DNA of 64,000 nt from a bacterium (GCA_963674965.2 CAXXFL010000007.1:64001-128000), one strand, 5' to 3'. Counted from the stretch's first letter, positions 1-21,741 are shown. The notes: a model not told the origin generated them from the sequence alone. Translations and numbers: made by a program.

Positions 1-583
1 GAACGTTGATTCCCACCGCCCTGATGGCCTTGATCCGGGGAAGGTTCCTGGCCGAAAGCTCGACGTTTTTGTCGGCCTCCGCGATAACCACCAGGGCGTT
101 CTCCCCGATGCCCGCGTCGCCCAGCCAATCCAGCAACTCGGCCGTCTTGATCCGCTCCAGGGTAAGCTCGCTGATAAGCGTCAGCTTCTCGTCCTTCCTC
201 TTTTGAGTGAGCGCCGACTTGAGGGCGGCCTTTCTCACCTTTTTGGGAACGTTGATCGAGAAGTCCCTGGGATGGGGACCGAAGATGACGCCGCCGCCGC
301 GCCAAATGGGAGACTTCCTCATGCCGGACCTGGCCCGGCCCGTGCCCTTCTGGCGCCAGGGCTTCTTCTTGGACCCGGCCACGTCGCCCCGCGTCTTCGA
401 GCTGCCCGTGCCCGCCCGATGCTTGGCCTGCTGGTATTTCACGGCCTCCAGCATGAGATGGGGCTTGACTTCCACGTCGAACACGGACGGGTTAAGGTCG
501 AATTGATCGACCACCTCCCCTTGCCGGTTCAGAACGTCAACCCTTATCGGCTCGCCCGAGCCGGAAGTTTTTTCTGTATCCAT
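1..583 (-). CDS. rplD: 50S ribosomal protein L4 (3' end runs off the window)
   Basis: Not in the ORF track; hand translation from ATG 583: MDTEKTSGSGEPIRVDVLN...KTRGDVAGSKKKPWRQKGTGRARSG...WRGGGVIFGPHPRD, the L4 signature. Confidence 0.96.
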   Translation of the reverse strand, partial: MDTEKTSGSGEPIRVDVLNRQGEVVDQFDLNPSVFDVEVKPHLMLEAVKYQQAKHRAGTGSSKTRGDVAGSKKKPWRQKGTGRARSGMRKSPIWRGGGVIFGPHPRDFSINVPKKVRKAALKSALTQKRKDEKLTLISELTLERIKTAELLDWLGDAGIGENALVVIAEADKNVELSARNLPRIKAIRAVGINV

Positions 584-633
584 GACTTGCCGCCTTCCAA
601 ATCCTCGTCGATATTAGCCTGGTCTAAAGCCGC

Positions 634-942
634 CTAAAGCTTGATCTCGATGTCGATGCCCGCCGAGAGATCGAGCTTGCCAAGGGCGTCGACCGTCGCC
701 TGGGTCGGCTCGAGAATATCGATCAGCCGCTTGTGAGTCCGAATCTCGAACTGCTCCCGGCTTTTCTTGTCGATATGCGGAGACCGAAGAACGCAAAACT
801 TGTTAATCTCCGTCGGAAGCGGAATCGGACCGGCAACCCTGGCCCCCGTTCTTTTCGCGGTACCGACTATATCTCTCACTGACTGATCGAGAAGATTATG
901 ATCGTAGGCCTTAAGCCGTATCCGGATCCTTTGAGTCGCCAT
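634..942 (-). CDS. rpsJ: 30S ribosomal protein S10
   Basis: [11 protein letters not shown]...GPIPLPT...[27 protein letters not shown] 942 follows an AAGGAG RBS (ORF track starts at GTG 945). Confidence 0.98.
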   Translation of the reverse strand: MATQRIRIRLKAYDHNLLDQSVRDIVGTAKRTGARVAGPIPLPTEINKFCVLRSPHIDKKSREQFEIRTHKRLIDILEPTQATVDALGKLDLSAGIDIEIKL

Positions 943-1031
943 CACAGCTCCTTCATTTCTAACGTCGCGACCGGCTTCATACTTCCGTCCGGGCGCATCA
1001 AATGTTTATCCATCCGTTATTATTGCCTAAA

Positions 1032-2237
<1,206 letters not shown>

Positions 2238-2315
2238 CCCTATTGTCCTCCTTCATTCGCGTACCCGGGCATCTTCCCGGAAATAATTAAATTCTTCTCG
2301 CTCAAAGAGCGTATA

Positions 2316-4397
2316 TCAATAACCTCTCACCTTAAGCAGTACTTCCTTGAGCAGGTTAGTCGGCACCACGTCATAGCTGTTGAACTGCATGGTATAAGTT
2401 GCCCTTCCCTGGGAGAGCGACCTCAGCGAGTTGACGTACCCGAAAAGCTCGGCGAGGGGGGCCCTGGCCGTGTACACCTGGGCGCCGGACCTGGACTCGT
2501 TTCCCTCGATGTTTCCTCTCCTGGCGTTCAGGTCCCTGAGCACGTCTCCCACGTAGTCCTCGGGGGCCACTATCTCGAGCTTCATGATGGGCTCGAGCAG
2601 CACGGGAGAGCATTTTTTCGCGGCTTCCTTGAAGGCCAGGGAGGCCGCGGCCCTGAAGGCGATCTCCGATGAGTCTTCCTCATGGTACTTGCCGTCGAGG
2701 AGCGAGGCTTTCACGTCCACCACCGGGAAGCCGGCGAGGGGACCCACTTCCATGGCGTCCTTTACGCCCTTCTCGACCGCGGGTATATACTGGGTGGGAA
2801 CGGTCCCTCCCTTAATCCTGTTCTCGAAGACAAACCCGGCCCCGCGCTCGAGGGGCTCGAAGCTCATGTTGACTATTCCGTACTGTCCGTGTCCGCCGGT
2901 CTGCTTGACGAATTTCCCCTCGACCTCGGCCGCGCCGAGGAAGGTTTCCTTGTAAGCCACCTGGGGTTTTCCCACGTTGGCCTGGACCTTGAACTCGCGG
3001 AGCAGCCTGTCCACGACTATCTCGAGATGGAGTTCGCCCATGCCCTCGATGATGGTCTGTCCCAATTCCTCGTCGTAGCGGGCCCTGAAGCTGGGGTCCT
3101 CGACCATGAGCTTTTGCAGGGACGCGGCCAGCTTGTCCTGGTCGGCCCTGGTCTTGGGCTCGATGGCCACGGAGATGACCGTCTCGGGAAACTCGATGGA
3201 CTCGAGAAGCACGGGCGCTCCCACCTTGGTCAAGGTGTCGCCCGTGCCCGTGAACTTGAGGCCCACCACGGCCACGATGTCGCCGGCGTAAACCTCGGGC
3301 ACGTCCTCTTCCTTGACGGCGTGCATTTTGAGGAGTCGGCCCACCCTCTCCTTTTTGTCCTTGGTCGAGTTGTAAATCGTTTCCCCCGCCTTGATATGGC
3401 CGGAGTAAACCCGGACGAAAGTCATGGCCCCCTTGTGAGGGTCGTTCATCATCTTGAAGGCCAGCGCGGTAAAGGGCTCGTCGTCGCTGGCTTTTCTTTT
3501 TATCTGTTCTCCGGTTTTGGGTTTGATGGCGGTAATGGGTGGAACGTCGATGGGGGCCGGGAGGTAATTGACGACGGCGTCGAGGAGCGGCTGTACGCCT
3601 TTATTCCGGAAGGCCGAGCCGCAAAGCACGGGAAAGAAGCTTAGCTCGAGCGTGGCTCTCCTTATGGCCTCCATAATCTGGGTCTCGGAGACTTGTTCTC
3701 CCTCCAGATATGAGTCCATGAAGGTCTCGTCGTTTTCGGCCAGTGTCTCGAGCATAATTTCCCGCCAATAAAGCGCCTCTTCTTTAAGTTCCTCCGGGAC
3801 CGGCGTTTCTCTGAAACGCGCTCCCAGCGTCTCGTCGTCCCAGGTTATGGCCACCATCCTTATAAGGTCTATGACTCCCTTGAAGTCGGCCTCGACTCCA
3901 ATGGGAATCTGTATGGGCAGCGGAGTCGCCTTCAATCTTTTCTGGACCATTTCGAGCACGTTGGGGAAGTTCGCCCCTACTCGGTCCATTTTATTCACGA
4001 AGGCTATCCTGGGGACCTTGTATTTATCCGCTTGTCTCCAAACCGTCTCGGACTGAGGCTCGACGCCTCCATACGCGTCAAAGACGGCGATGGCCCCATC
4101 CAGAACCCGAAGGGACCTTTCAACCTCCATCGTGAAATCCACGTGGCCGGGCGTATCTATTATATTGATCCGGTGATCACGCCAGAAACAGGTGGTGGCG
4201 GCGGCGGTTATGGTTATGCCCCGCTCCTGTTCCTGTTCCATCCAGTCGGTTACGGTATTTCCCTCGTCGACGTTTCCGATTCGATAGGTAACCCCGGTAT
4301 AGAAGAGCATCCGTTCGGTCGTAGTTGTCTTGCCGGCGTCAATGTGTGCCATGATGCCGATATTACGGATTCTGTGTAATGGTACAACCCTACCCAA
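2316..4397 (-). CDS. fusA: Elongation factor G
   Basis: [40 protein letters not shown]; 693 aa; lies between rpsG and tuf. Confidence 0.99.
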   Translation of the reverse strand: MGRVVPLHRIRNIGIMAHIDAGKTTTTERMLFYTGVTYRIGNVDEGNTVTDWMEQEQERGITITAAATTCFWRDHRINIIDTPGHVDFTMEVERSLRVLDGAIAVFDAYGGVEPQSETVWRQADKYKVPRIAFVNKMDRVGANFPNVLEMVQKRLKATPLPIQIPIGVEADFKGVIDLIRMVAITWDDETLGARFRETPVPEELKEEALYWREIMLETLAENDETFMDSYLEGEQVSETQIMEAIRRATLELSFFPVLCGSAFRNKGVQPLLDAVVNYLPAPIDVPPITAIKPKTGEQIKRKASDDEPFTALAFKMMNDPHKGAMTFVRVYSGHIKAGETIYNSTKDKKERVGRLLKMHAVKEEDVPEVYAGDIVAVVGLKFTGTGDTLTKVGAPVLLESIEFPETVISVAIEPKTRADQDKLAASLQKLMVEDPSFRARYDEELGQTIIEGMGELHLEIVVDRLLREFKVQANVGKPQVAYKETFLGAAEVEGKFVKQTGGHGQYGIVNMSFEPLERGAGFVFENRIKGGTVPTQYIPAVEKGVKDAMEVGPLAGFPVVDVKASLLDGKYHEEDSSEIAFRAAASLAFKEAAKKCSPVLLEPIMKLEIVAPEDYVGDVLRDLNARRGNIEGNESRSGAQVYTARAPLAELFGYVNSLRSLSQGRATYTMQFNSYDVVPTNLLKEVLLKVRGY

Positions 4398-4531
4398 GGG
4401 GCCCCTCTTTTATTCCTTGCCGCCGCGATGGACGTTCCGCCAATAGCAACGTTTGCCAGGATCATTTCCTTTCGATTCGAATGGCCTTGAAAACAAGGCC
4501 CGTCGTACAAAAAAATTGCCTTTTTATCCGC

Positions 4532-5005
4532 CTACCACCGGTAATGGGCGAAGGCCTTGTTGGCCTCGGCCATACGGTGGGTATCCTCTTTTTTCTTGAC
4601 CGCCGAGCCCCGGTTGTCGGACGCCTCGAGCAGTTCCATGGCCAGTTTTTCCCGCATGGTCCTCTCACTCCTCCTCTCGGAGGCGTACTTGATGAGCCAG
4701 CGGATGGCCAGGGTCTCCTGCCGGCGGGGACGAACCTCGATGGGCACCTGGTAGTTGGCGCCGCCCACGCGCCTGCTCTTGACCTCGAGCATGGGCTGGA
4801 CGTTCTTCAGGGCCTTCTTGAAGGTCTTGAGCGGATCGTCCTTGGTCTTCTGGGCGATCACGTCGAAAGCGCCGTATACTATCTGCTCGGCCAGGCTCTT
4901 TTTGCCGTCAAGCATGATGGCGTTCATGAACCTGGTCACCTGAGCGTCGTTATATACCGGATCGGGAATGAGTTCCCTTGTCTCAACTTCTCTTCTGCGC
5001 GGCAT
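4532..5005 (-). CDS. rpsG: 30S ribosomal protein S7
   Basis: MPRRR...DGKKSLAE...[12 protein letters not shown]...[15 protein letters not shown]. Confidence 0.99.
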   Translation of the reverse strand: MPRRREVETRELIPDPVYNDAQVTRFMNAIMLDGKKSLAEQIVYGAFDVIAQKTKDDPLKTFKKALKNVQPMLEVKSRRVGGANYQVPIEVRPRRQETLAIRWLIKYASERRSERTMREKLAMELLEASDNRGSAVKKKEDTHRMAEANKAFAHYRW

Positions 5006-5102
5006 ATCATTAACCTTTTAACCGTTTCGTTTAACTGCCCTTCAAAAAATCGGCAAAAAAAAAGATCGAATCGCGAGCCTGAAATATCCGGCGATCCAAT
5101 CC

Positions 5103-5474
5103 TTACTTGGGCCTCTTGGCGCCGTACTTGGACCTGGCCTGCTTGCGGTTGGCCACGCCCTGGCTGTCCAGCGTGCCCCTGACGACGTGGTACCTGACGC
5201 CGGGAAGGTCCTTGACCCTGCCGCCCCGGATCAGCACCACCGAGTGCTCCTGAAGGCTGTGGCCCACGCCGGGGATATAGGTCGTGACCTCGATCCCGTT
5301 CGTCAGCCTCACCCTGGCCACCTTGCGCATGGCCGAGTTGGGTTTCTTGGGCGTAAAGGTCGTGACGCGCGTGCAGACGCCCCTTTTCTGGGGGCAGTTC
5401 TGAAGCGCGGGCGACTTGGTCTTCTTAACGACTTTTTTGCGTTCGTTCCTTATTAGCTGGTTAATCGTGGGCAT
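5103..5474 (-). CDS. rpsL: 30S ribosomal protein S12
   Basis: MPTINQL...[16 protein letters not shown]...[12 protein letters not shown]. Confidence 0.99.
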   Translation of the reverse strand: MPTINQLIRNERKKVVKKTKSPALQNCPQKRGVCTRVTTFTPKKPNSAMRKVARVRLTNGIEVTTYIPGVGHSLQEHSVVLIRGGRVKDLPGVRYHVVRGTLDSQGVANRKQARSKYGAKRPK

Positions 5475-5514
5475 TTTACCTTCTCACCAAATAGTAATCT
5501 CCGTGAAGCTTATA

Positions 5515-5542
5515 ATTATATATAATTCTCCGGGAAAGTCAA
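5515..5542 (-). promoter_or_regulatory. Putative sigma70 promoter of the str operon
   Basis: Minus strand TTGACT-N16-TATAAT about 40 nt upstream of rpsL. Confidence 0.65.
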
Positions 5543-5600
5543 CCAATATTTAACCATTTTTTTACGGCCGCCGACCCCGTCGGCCGGCGGCGCCCGATTT

Positions 5601-9704
<4,104 letters not shown>

Positions 9705-9771
9705 CGCGACGCCCTCCTTCCGCGGGCGGACCGTGGTCCGTTTGCCCGCGCCGGTTCGATTATGACCGCGT

Positions 9772-13899
<4,128 letters not shown>

Positions 13900-14017
13900 T
13901 TCTCCTCTTTTTCAGAGACCAGTATGCAAATCTCCAAGTATCGACCACTATCGGTCCGCTCGATTGGAGCCCGGGACGCCGGTCGGGCGTCCCGGACGCG
14001 AAAAAGTCGCGAAAAGC

Positions 14018-14401
14018 CTACTTGATTTCCACTTTGGCGCCGGCGCCCTCGAGTTGCTTTTTGATCTCCTCGGCCTCTTCCTTGCTGACGCCTTCCTTAA
14101 CCGGAGATGGTACTTCCTCGACGACCGCCTTGGCTTCCTTGAGACCAAGCTGCGTGATGGCCCTGACTTCCTTGATCACGTTGATGCGCTTCTCGCCCGC
14201 GTCGAGCAGCATGACGGTAAACTCGGTCTGCTCTTCCTCGGGCTCGGCCGCCGCCGCCGCGGGCATGGCGCCCATGGCCATAACCGGCGCCGCCGCCGAC
14301 ACGTCGTAGCGCTCCTCGAACTCCTTTACGAACTCGGAGAGCTCGAGCAGGGTAAGCTTATCGAAAAATTCAAAAACCTGTTCCTTGGTGATATCCGACA
14401 T
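14018..14401 (-). CDS. rplL: 50S ribosomal protein L7/L12
   Basis: Ala-rich hinge, [26 protein letters not shown]. Confidence 0.98.
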   Translation of the reverse strand: MSDITKEQVFEFFDKLTLLELSEFVKEFEERYDVSAAAPVMAMGAMPAAAAAEPEEEQTEFTVMLLDAGEKRINVIKEVRAITQLGLKEAKAVVEEVPSPVKEGVSKEEAEEIKKQLEGAGAKVEIK

Positions 14402-14478
14402 GGCAGTTTCCTCCGAAAATAATTAATTTTTCCCTGGGCCCCGGGCCCGTTTGGTTGACGAACAGACCTCGCGCCGCC

Positions 14479-15009
14479 CTAGGCGGCTTCCTTTTTTTCC
14501 TTCAGGGCCGCGATGACCCTGCCGAGCTTGTTGGGCCCGGCGGACAGGACCGCGTGCAGCTTCTGAGGTCCGGCGTAGAGAAGGCCGGCCATCTGGGCCA
14601 GGAGTTCCTCGCGGCTGGGCATGGTGGCCAGGACGTTTTTGACCTGGTCCGCCGTAAGGACCCTGCCGCTGATGGCTCCGCCCCTTATCTCGAGGTCCTG
14701 GTTGGTCTTGATTTTCGCGAACTCGACCAGGACTCGAGCCGACGCGCCCGGGTCTTCTCCATGCCAGGCCAGAGCGACCGGACCGGTCAGGAGCTCCTTG
14801 ACGGGCTCGAAGGGCGTTCCCTCGATGGCGATCTTCGTCAACGTGTTCTTGGCGACCCTCAAGCTGACGCCCGCTTCCCTGCACTTGGACCTAAGGGCCG
14901 TCATCTGCTCGACGGTAAGGCCCCGGTAGTCGGCAAGGACGATAGCGGGAGCGTTCTCAAGCTCGCCTTTTAACCAAGCGACGAATTCTTCCTTTTCCGA
15001 TTTCTTCAA
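14479..15009 (-). CDS. rplJ: 50S ribosomal protein L10
   Basis: ADYRGLTVEQMTALR...VAKNTL...MPSREELLAQ; TTG start with AGGAGGT RBS. Confidence 0.97.
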   Translation of the reverse strand: MKKSEKEEFVAWLKGELENAPAIVLADYRGLTVEQMTALRSKCREAGVSLRVAKNTLTKIAIEGTPFEPVKELLTGPVALAWHGEDPGASARVLVEFAKIKTNQDLEIRGGAISGRVLTADQVKNVLATMPSREELLAQMAGLLYAGPQKLHAVLSAGPNKLGRVIAALKEKKEAA

Positions 15010-15029
15010 AGCTTCTTCCTACCTCCTTT

Positions 15030-15170
15030 CCCGCCTGGTTCCCCGTTCGATCGAGTCGAAGCCGGGAATAGGCGGGGCGGGAGAAGGCCCCAATAATGGC
15101 CTTATATCTGGCTTCGTCTCGGCGGGCGGCAAAAGCCATTATCCGGGGACCCGCGGTCTTTGACGAATGT
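15030..15170 (-). promoter_or_regulatory. L10 leader (r-protein autoregulatory RNA)
   Basis: Minus strand CGTCAAAGACCGCGGG...CCCGCCGAGACG matches the proteobacterial L10-leader pattern directly upstream of rplJ. Confidence 0.75.
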
Positions 15171-15286
15171 TTAAATATTCGAATAAATTAATAAAAGCTA
15201 CTATAAAACTCCCGTTCTCAAAAAAACTATAACAGTCCCGTCCCGCCTTCCCTTAAAAAGGCGGGAGGGAAAGTATCCGAAAAACT

Positions 15287-15991
15287 TTACTGTGCCAGCT
15301 CTTTTATCTCGGCCGCGTCGAGCCTGACGCCGGGACCCATGGTCGATGAAATACTGATCGACTTGATATAGGCCCCTTTAGCCGTGTCCGGTTTCGCTTT
15401 AAGTACCGCCTCGTACAGGGCCATAAAGTTGGCTTTCAGCTTATCTTTGCCAAAGCTGGCCTTGCCCAGCGGACAATGCACGTTGGCGCCCTTGTCCACC
15501 CTGTACTCGACGCGTCCCTGCTTGAGCTCGCCCACCGCCTTACCCACGTCCATGGTGACCGTGCCGAGCTTGGGATTGGGCATCATGCCCCGGGGGCCGA
15601 GTATCTTACCCAGCTTACTCACTTGCCCCATCATGTCGGGCGTGGCGATGGCCTTGTCGAAATCCAGCCATCCGCCCTGAATTTTTTCGATCATGTCCTC
15701 GGCGCCCACGAACTCGGCGCCGGCCTCCTGGGCCTCCTTTTCCTTATCGCCCTTGGCGAAGACCAGCACTCGAACGGACTTGCCCGTTCCGTGGGGAAGT
15801 CCCACCGTGCCCCTCACCATCTGGTCGCTCTTTCTGGGATCGACGCCCAGCCGCATGGCCACGTCGACGGTCTCGTCAAAGGAAGCGCCCTTCATGGAAA
15901 GGAGAAGGTCGAAACCCTCGTCTACTCCGTAGAGTTTGGCCCGGTCCACTTTGGACCGCAAGTCCTTTATCTTTTTACCTCTTTTTCTCAT
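15287..15991 (-). CDS. rplA: 50S ribosomal protein L1
   Basis: [37 protein letters not shown]; true start ATG 15991 (MRKRGKK) with GGAGG RBS. Confidence 0.98.
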   Translation of the reverse strand: MRKRGKKIKDLRSKVDRAKLYGVDEGFDLLLSMKGASFDETVDVAMRLGVDPRKSDQMVRGTVGLPHGTGKSVRVLVFAKGDKEKEAQEAGAEFVGAEDMIEKIQGGWLDFDKAIATPDMMGQVSKLGKILGPRGMMPNPKLGTVTMDVGKAVGELKQGRVEYRVDKGANVHCPLGKASFGKDKLKANFMALYEAVLKAKPDTAKGAYIKSISISSTMGPGVRLDAAEIKELAQ

Positions 15992-16025
15992 TTTACACCT
16001 CCATCTCCGCCCCGGAGATACACGG

Positions 16026-16451
16026 TCATTCCTCGATTTGGATTCCCATGTTCCGGGCCGTACCCGCGATGGTTTTATAAGCCGCGTCAAGGTCGTTGCA
16101 GTTAAGGTCCTTGAACTTGAGCTCGGCGATTTCCATTACCTGTTTTTTCGAGAGCTTGGCCACTTTCTCCCTCTTGGCGTCCGGGCTGCCCTTAGCCAGC
16201 TTGGCCGCCTTTTTAAGGAGCACCGACGCGGGAGGGGTCTTGATCTCGAAGCTGAAGCTTCTGTCGGCGTAAACCATTATCTCCACCGGCGTGGTAAGGC
16301 CGGGCTCGAGTTTGGCCGTCCTGGCGTTGAACTCCTTGACGAACCCGGCGATGTTGACCTGGTGCTGGCCAAGCGCCGGACCCACCGGCGGAGAGGGCGT
16401 GGCCTGTCCCGCCGGAATTTGCAGTTTAATTTTAGCGATTACCTTTTTCAT
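16026..16451 (-). CDS. rplK: 50S ribosomal protein L11
   Basis: [30 protein letters not shown]. Confidence 0.98.
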   Translation of the reverse strand: MKKVIAKIKLQIPAGQATPSPPVGPALGQHQVNIAGFVKEFNARTAKLEPGLTTPVEIMVYADRSFSFEIKTPPASVLLKKAAKLAKGSPDAKREKVAKLSKKQVMEIAELKFKDLNCNDLDAAYKTIAGTARNMGIQIEE

Positions 16452-16534
16452 TTGCTTCCTCTAAATCGTATCGGCTGACGCAAACGTTGTTCGGGGCCCT
16501 TCGCCGAGGTCTAGCGAAACCGTAATCGGCCCCT

Positions 16535-17074
16535 TTATCCTTTTTCTATCTGGACGAAATCGAGCTCGACCGGGGTCTGGCGTCCGAAGATGGACACCAG
16601 CACTTTGACCTTGCCCTTTTCCGGCTTGACCTCGTCCACTACTCCGTTAAAGCCCCGGAAGGGACCGTCAACCACCCTGACCACCTCGCCCCTTTCGTAC
16701 TTGTCCTTGGGCTTGGGACGCAGGGTGTCGTCGGTCATCATCTTGGTAAGGCGCTCGGCCTCCTCGTCGGGAACGGGAGGCGGGTTCCGGCCGCCGCCCA
16801 CGAACCCGGTTATCTTGGGAGTGTTCTTGACAAGATGAAAAGTCTCGTCGTTGAGGACCATCCTGACGAGCATGTATCCGGGAAAGAACTTTCTCTGGCT
16901 GACTTTTCGTTTTCCGCCCACCAACTCGACCACTTCCTCCGAGGGAATGAGCATCTCACCGAAGCGCTCTTCCAGTTTGTAGAGTTTGACCCTTTCCTCG
17001 AGCGCTTCCTTGGCCTTGTTTTCAAACCCGGAATAGGTGTGAACGACGTACCATTGCATTTCGTCTTGGCTCAT
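16535..17074 (-). CDS. nusG: Transcription termination/antitermination factor NusG
   Basis: WYVVHTYSGFENK, KFFPGY, KOW motif VRVVDGPF..F.G.V, IFGRQTPVEL. Confidence 0.98.
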   Translation of the reverse strand: MSQDEMQWYVVHTYSGFENKAKEALEERVKLYKLEERFGEMLIPSEEVVELVGGKRKVSQRKFFPGYMLVRMVLNDETFHLVKNTPKITGFVGGGRNPPPVPDEEAERLTKMMTDDTLRPKPKDKYERGEVVRVVDGPFRGFNGVVDEVKPEKGKVKVLVSIFGRQTPVELDFVQIEKG

Positions 17075-17101
17075 CTATTTAATCTCCGTCCACTTTCCGG
17101 A

Positions 17102-17494
17102 CTAGAAAACAAGGGTCAACAACCCGTCATATATCTTGTCAAATACAAATAATATCAAAGAGATAACGAGAGTAACGCCGATAACCACCAGCGTCGTGCC
17201 CCTCACGTCAAGCCAGGAGGGCCAGGCGACTTTACGAAGCTCGGCCACCACCTCGCTTCCGAAGCGGTTGGTTTTTTCCTGCCGCTTTATATACTCCACC
17301 AAAAGCACAACCAGAACTATGGACAAAGTGGCAGACGCGGCCTGGACCCACATTTCCGGAAGATCGAGCTGGGTGAAGAATAGCGTCGTCACCACCTCGG
17401 CCATGGAGGTGAAAAAGCTGTAAATGATAAAAGCCACCACCAGCCCAAGGCCGTAAAGCCAATAGGTCAGCATCTTCTGGTTGTCTATCGCCAT
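17102..17494 (-). CDS. secE: Preprotein translocase subunit SecE (3-TM type)
   Basis: ELRKVAWPS motif plus C-terminal TM; position between tRNA-Trp and nusG; start moved to ATG 17494 because the longer ORF overlaps the tRNA. Confidence 0.93.
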   Translation of the reverse strand: MAIDNQKMLTYWLYGLGLVVAFIIYSFFTSMAEVVTTLFFTQLDLPEMWVQAASATLSIVLVVLLVEYIKRQEKTNRFGSEVVAELRKVAWPSWLDVRGTTLVVIGVTLVISLILFVFDKIYDGLLTLVF

Positions 17495-17527
17495 GACTTT
17501 ACTCTCCAAAGAGTGAACGCGATCAAG

Positions 17528-17603
17528 TGGCACGCCAGGAGGGACTCGAACCCCCAACGTCCGGTTTTGGAGACCGGTGCTCTACCAATTGAGCCACTGG
17601 CGC
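17528..17603 (-). tRNA. tRNA-Trp (CCA)
   Basis: 76-nt cloverleaf, anticodon loop CT-CCA-AA, GTTCGAG T-loop, encoded CCA end. Confidence 0.97.
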
Positions 17604-17630
17604 GCATTGTAAGCCCCGAAAATATTGGAC

Positions 17631-17792
17631 TCATTTAGTCTCTTTATGTTCCGTGTGCCTGCGGTCGTAGGGGCAATATTTCTTAAGCACCATCTTGTCG
17701 GGAGTGTTCTTTTTATTCTTCATGGTCGTGTAATTTCGTCTCTTACACTCCTGACAAGCCAGAGTTACTATTATTCTCGCTTCTTTAGCCAT
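17631..17792 (-). CDS. rpmG: 50S ribosomal protein L33
   Basis: Hand translation (53 aa, below ORF cut-off): [53 protein letters not shown]. Confidence 0.96.
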   Translation of the reverse strand: MAKEARIIVTLACQECKRRNYTTMKNKKNTPDKMVLKKYCPYDRRHTEHKETK

Positions 17793-17839
17793 CTTTCAAA
17801 TCTTTCCCCGGCGCGTTTTGTCCCGGGCGAACGCTCCTT

Positions 17840-19045
<1,206 letters not shown>

Positions 19046-19146
19046 TTCAAATCTCCTCCGTCTGACGTTTTTACGAACCCAACAAACGTTAAAGGGCCGT
19101 GTGGGCCCGCGCTTAAAGGATTCGAGACCGGATTCTTTTCATTTTA

Positions 19147-19222
<76 letters not shown>

Positions 19223-19265
19223 CTTAAACCAAAAACAATATTGCAACCTCTCGCGAGGTTTTTTT

Positions 19266-19343
<78 letters not shown>

Positions 19344-19392
19344 TTATCTTAAGGCGGAGCCGAAACTACGGAGCGTTTCCGCCTGGACCGCA

Positions 19393-19476
19393 TGGTGGAG
19401 GGAGGTGGATTCGAACCACCGTAGCCGAAGCAACGGGTTTACAGCCCGTCCCCTTTAGCCGCTCGGGCATCCCTCC
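19393..19476 (-). tRNA. tRNA-Tyr (GTA)
   Basis: 84 nt with long variable arm, anticodon loop CT-GTA-AA, CCA end. Confidence 0.97.
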
Positions 19477-19491
19477 TTATAATAACGCTAA

Positions 19492-19567
19492 TGGAGCTGG
19501 CGATGGGACTCGAACCCGCAACCTGCTGATTACAAATCAGCTGCTCTACCGATTGAGCTACGCCAGC
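19492..19567 (-). tRNA. tRNA-Thr (TGT)
   Basis: Cloverleaf, anticodon arm GCTGA-TT-TGT-AA-TCAGC, CCA end. Confidence 0.97.
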
Positions 19568-19581
19568 CTCCAAAGACTCAA

Positions 19582-19610
19582 AGTATAACAGTACAAGGAA
19601 GTTATGTCAA
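19582..19610 (-). promoter_or_regulatory. sigma70 promoter of the tRNA-tuf operon
   Basis: Minus strand TTGACA-N17-TATACT just upstream of tRNA-Thr(TGT). Confidence 0.8.
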
Positions 19611-19641
19611 GATAACGCCTTAAAAAAAGATAAACTCATAC

Positions 19642-20478
19642 TTACTCCCCGGCCTTCCATGCAATCTTGGAACCATCATTGGCCAGGGAGTCATGATTGA
19701 GTAATGTTTTCCCCTGCATTATCTGGAAAAAGATTATAGCAGAAGCCGCCGACGCGTTCAAGCTGGAAGTTTTTCCCCCAAGACGAATTTTAAATAAAAA
19801 ATCTATTTCTTTTTTAATCCCGGGCCTTATACCCTTGCCTTCCGCCCCGATGACGACGGCGGTCTTGCTCGATAACTCTACCTCGCCTATCTCCTTTTCC
19901 GCCTCGGGGTCGGCGCCGAAAATCCAGTAGCCCGCTTCTTTTAATTCCTTAAGGGCGCGGGACAGGTTAACGGCCTCGGCGATCCGGATGTATTCCATGG
20001 ACCCCGAGCTGGCCTTATGCGCCGCGGCGGTCATGCCCGCCGACCTGTCCTTCCCTATCACCACCGCGTCAAGGCCCAGGGCCTCGGCGCTTCGAAGGAT
20101 CGAGCCGAAGTTCATGGGGTCGGTCACGCCGTCGAGGACCGCAATGGCGGACCTTTCGGACCCGAGACAATCCGAGACCGAGACGGTCTCCGGCATGGGC
20201 GCCAGTACGGCCATGCCCTGGTGGACCCGGGCCTGGACCATGGCGTCGAACTCTCGTGTGTCCATCTCGAGGACGGGAACGCCCAGCGCCCCGGCCTTCT
20301 CCATGACCGCTTTACGCGAGGCGGACATATTATAAGGATCGGGCCCTGGTTCCCTGTCGCCCTTCCCTCTTCGCAGGACGACCCTTTCCGCGGCGCGAGG
20401 GCGAGCGTCCAGCACGGCCATTACCGAGTGGTAGCCAAATATCCATTCTTTTTTGTTTTTTTGCTTCTTCATGGCCAT
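19642..20478 (-). CDS. rlmB: 23S rRNA (guanosine-2'-O)-methyltransferase RlmB, SPOUT family
   Basis: HQG, LDGVTDPMNFGSILRSA, IGAEGKGIR, SSLNASAA; usual position upstream of the thr-tyr-gly-thr tRNAs. Confidence 0.9.
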   Translation of the reverse strand: MAMKKQKNKKEWIFGYHSVMAVLDARPRAAERVVLRRGKGDREPGPDPYNMSASRKAVMEKAGALGVPVLEMDTREFDAMVQARVHQGMAVLAPMPETVSVSDCLGSERSAIAVLDGVTDPMNFGSILRSAEALGLDAVVIGKDRSAGMTAAAHKASSGSMEYIRIAEAVNLSRALKELKEAGYWIFGADPEAEKEIGEVELSSKTAVVIGAEGKGIRPGIKKEIDFLFKIRLGGKTSSLNASAASAIIFFQIMQGKTLLNHDSLANDGSKIAWKAGE

Positions 20479-20575
20479 GGGACCGAAGCGGCCTTCTTTC
20501 GGCGTCCATTTTGGGCGGCCCCCGTTTCGGCCGACCTGAAAAACGGGCCGTCAGGGCCGCCGAAAACAATTCATA

Positions 20576-21388
20576 TTATTTATTGTCTTTTCCTTCGTCC
20601 TCGGACGGGGGTTTTTCTTCCTTGTCCGCCCCGGAGTCGGTTGGCTTTCCTTCTTTATTTTCAGTAGCTTCGCCTTCCTTTGCATCGTCTTTATTCTGGG
20701 CCGGCTCCTCTTGGTCCTTTTCCCACCAGAAGATGGCCTTTCTCCACTGCGGCTTGATATCGCTGGGCTTGTCTTCGTCCAGGGCCTTCTTCCTCTCCCT
20801 CAGTTCTTTGCGAACGGCCAGGAGCCTGTCGATCACGATGGCCCTGTTGGCCAGGTCGGCGTTGAGGGTCGGAACTATCCAGCCCTGGTTTCGGGCCATG
20901 ACGTAAATGGCCTTCACTTTTTTAGGGTCCTTGGGAAAAAACTCGATGGAAAAGGAGCCGTAAAGGCTTTTAAGGTTCCCCTCTTCCATTTTCCAGGTAA
21001 TGGTCCAGGCGGGCTTGTCCTCGGCGAAGGCCAGGATGTAGTTGTAATCCGGCGAGGGCCAGATGTTCTTGACCGTCACGTGCAGGCGTTTGGTCTCGTC
21101 CTTGCTCGGAAGCACCTCCACCGCGTGAATATCTGGAAAAATCCGGGCGTATTCCTTATAGTCGGTCATCACCTCCCAGACCATCTCGGCGGGGGCGTCA
21201 AAGAGGATTTCTCCCTTTACCTCATGGACCCTGGTGTCGGGCGCCTCCTTGAAGCTGATAATGACCTCGCCCCGGTTCAACCTGTCCTCATCGCTGGGCA
21301 GAAGCTGGGCCTCGCCGTGGCCGGACGGCCACAGGGTCATTATTCCCGCCAGGAGCAGGAAGTAGACGACGTATCTTAAATTCGCCAT
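20576..21388 (-). CDS. Exported SRPBCC/START-like (polyketide cyclase-type) protein with charged C-terminal tail
   Basis: Signal-peptide-like N-terminus; FDAPAEMVWEVMTDYKEY..FP and WKMEEGNLKSLYGSF pattern. Confidence 0.65.
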   Translation of the reverse strand: MANLRYVVYFLLLAGIMTLWPSGHGEAQLLPSDEDRLNRGEVIISFKEAPDTRVHEVKGEILFDAPAEMVWEVMTDYKEYARIFPDIHAVEVLPSKDETKRLHVTVKNIWPSPDYNYILAFAEDKPAWTITWKMEEGNLKSLYGSFSIEFFPKDPKKVKAIYVMARNQGWIVPTLNADLANRAIVIDRLLAVRKELRERKKALDEDKPSDIKPQWRKAIFWWEKDQEEPAQNKDDAKEGEATENKEGKPTDSGADKEEKPPSEDEGKDNK

Positions 21389-21741
21389 GTATTTACCCGT
21401 AAAGAAAGCCGGCTCTCAGGCCGGCCTTCATCGTCATTTTTTATTTATGCTAGTCCATGGGGGGCCGAATGTCAAGGAAAGGGCCTTTGCGAGCGCGCCA
21501 TTAGTGGAGCCGTAAAAAGCGCAAAAACAAGGCGTAATATCGAAATATCTTTTCGGCTGCAAAGCTCGAAGATCGCATGGTAAATAATAATCGGGCCCTT
21601 TCTTCTTTTTCACTCGCCTCGCCGGCTCGATAATTCCTTGTTCTTAAATTGCTTACGCCGCGCCGTTGCAAGCGGCGCCCGGGCGCATCTTCGGAGCTAT
21701 GGCGAAGGCCGGAAAGCCATTCAATAACCGCTCGCCCTCGG

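Noticed and set aside
21480-21740. Possible MITE or riboswitch between the two SRPBCC genes
   Set aside because: Only short hairpins; no terminal inverted repeats, no second copy in the window and no recognisable aptamer.
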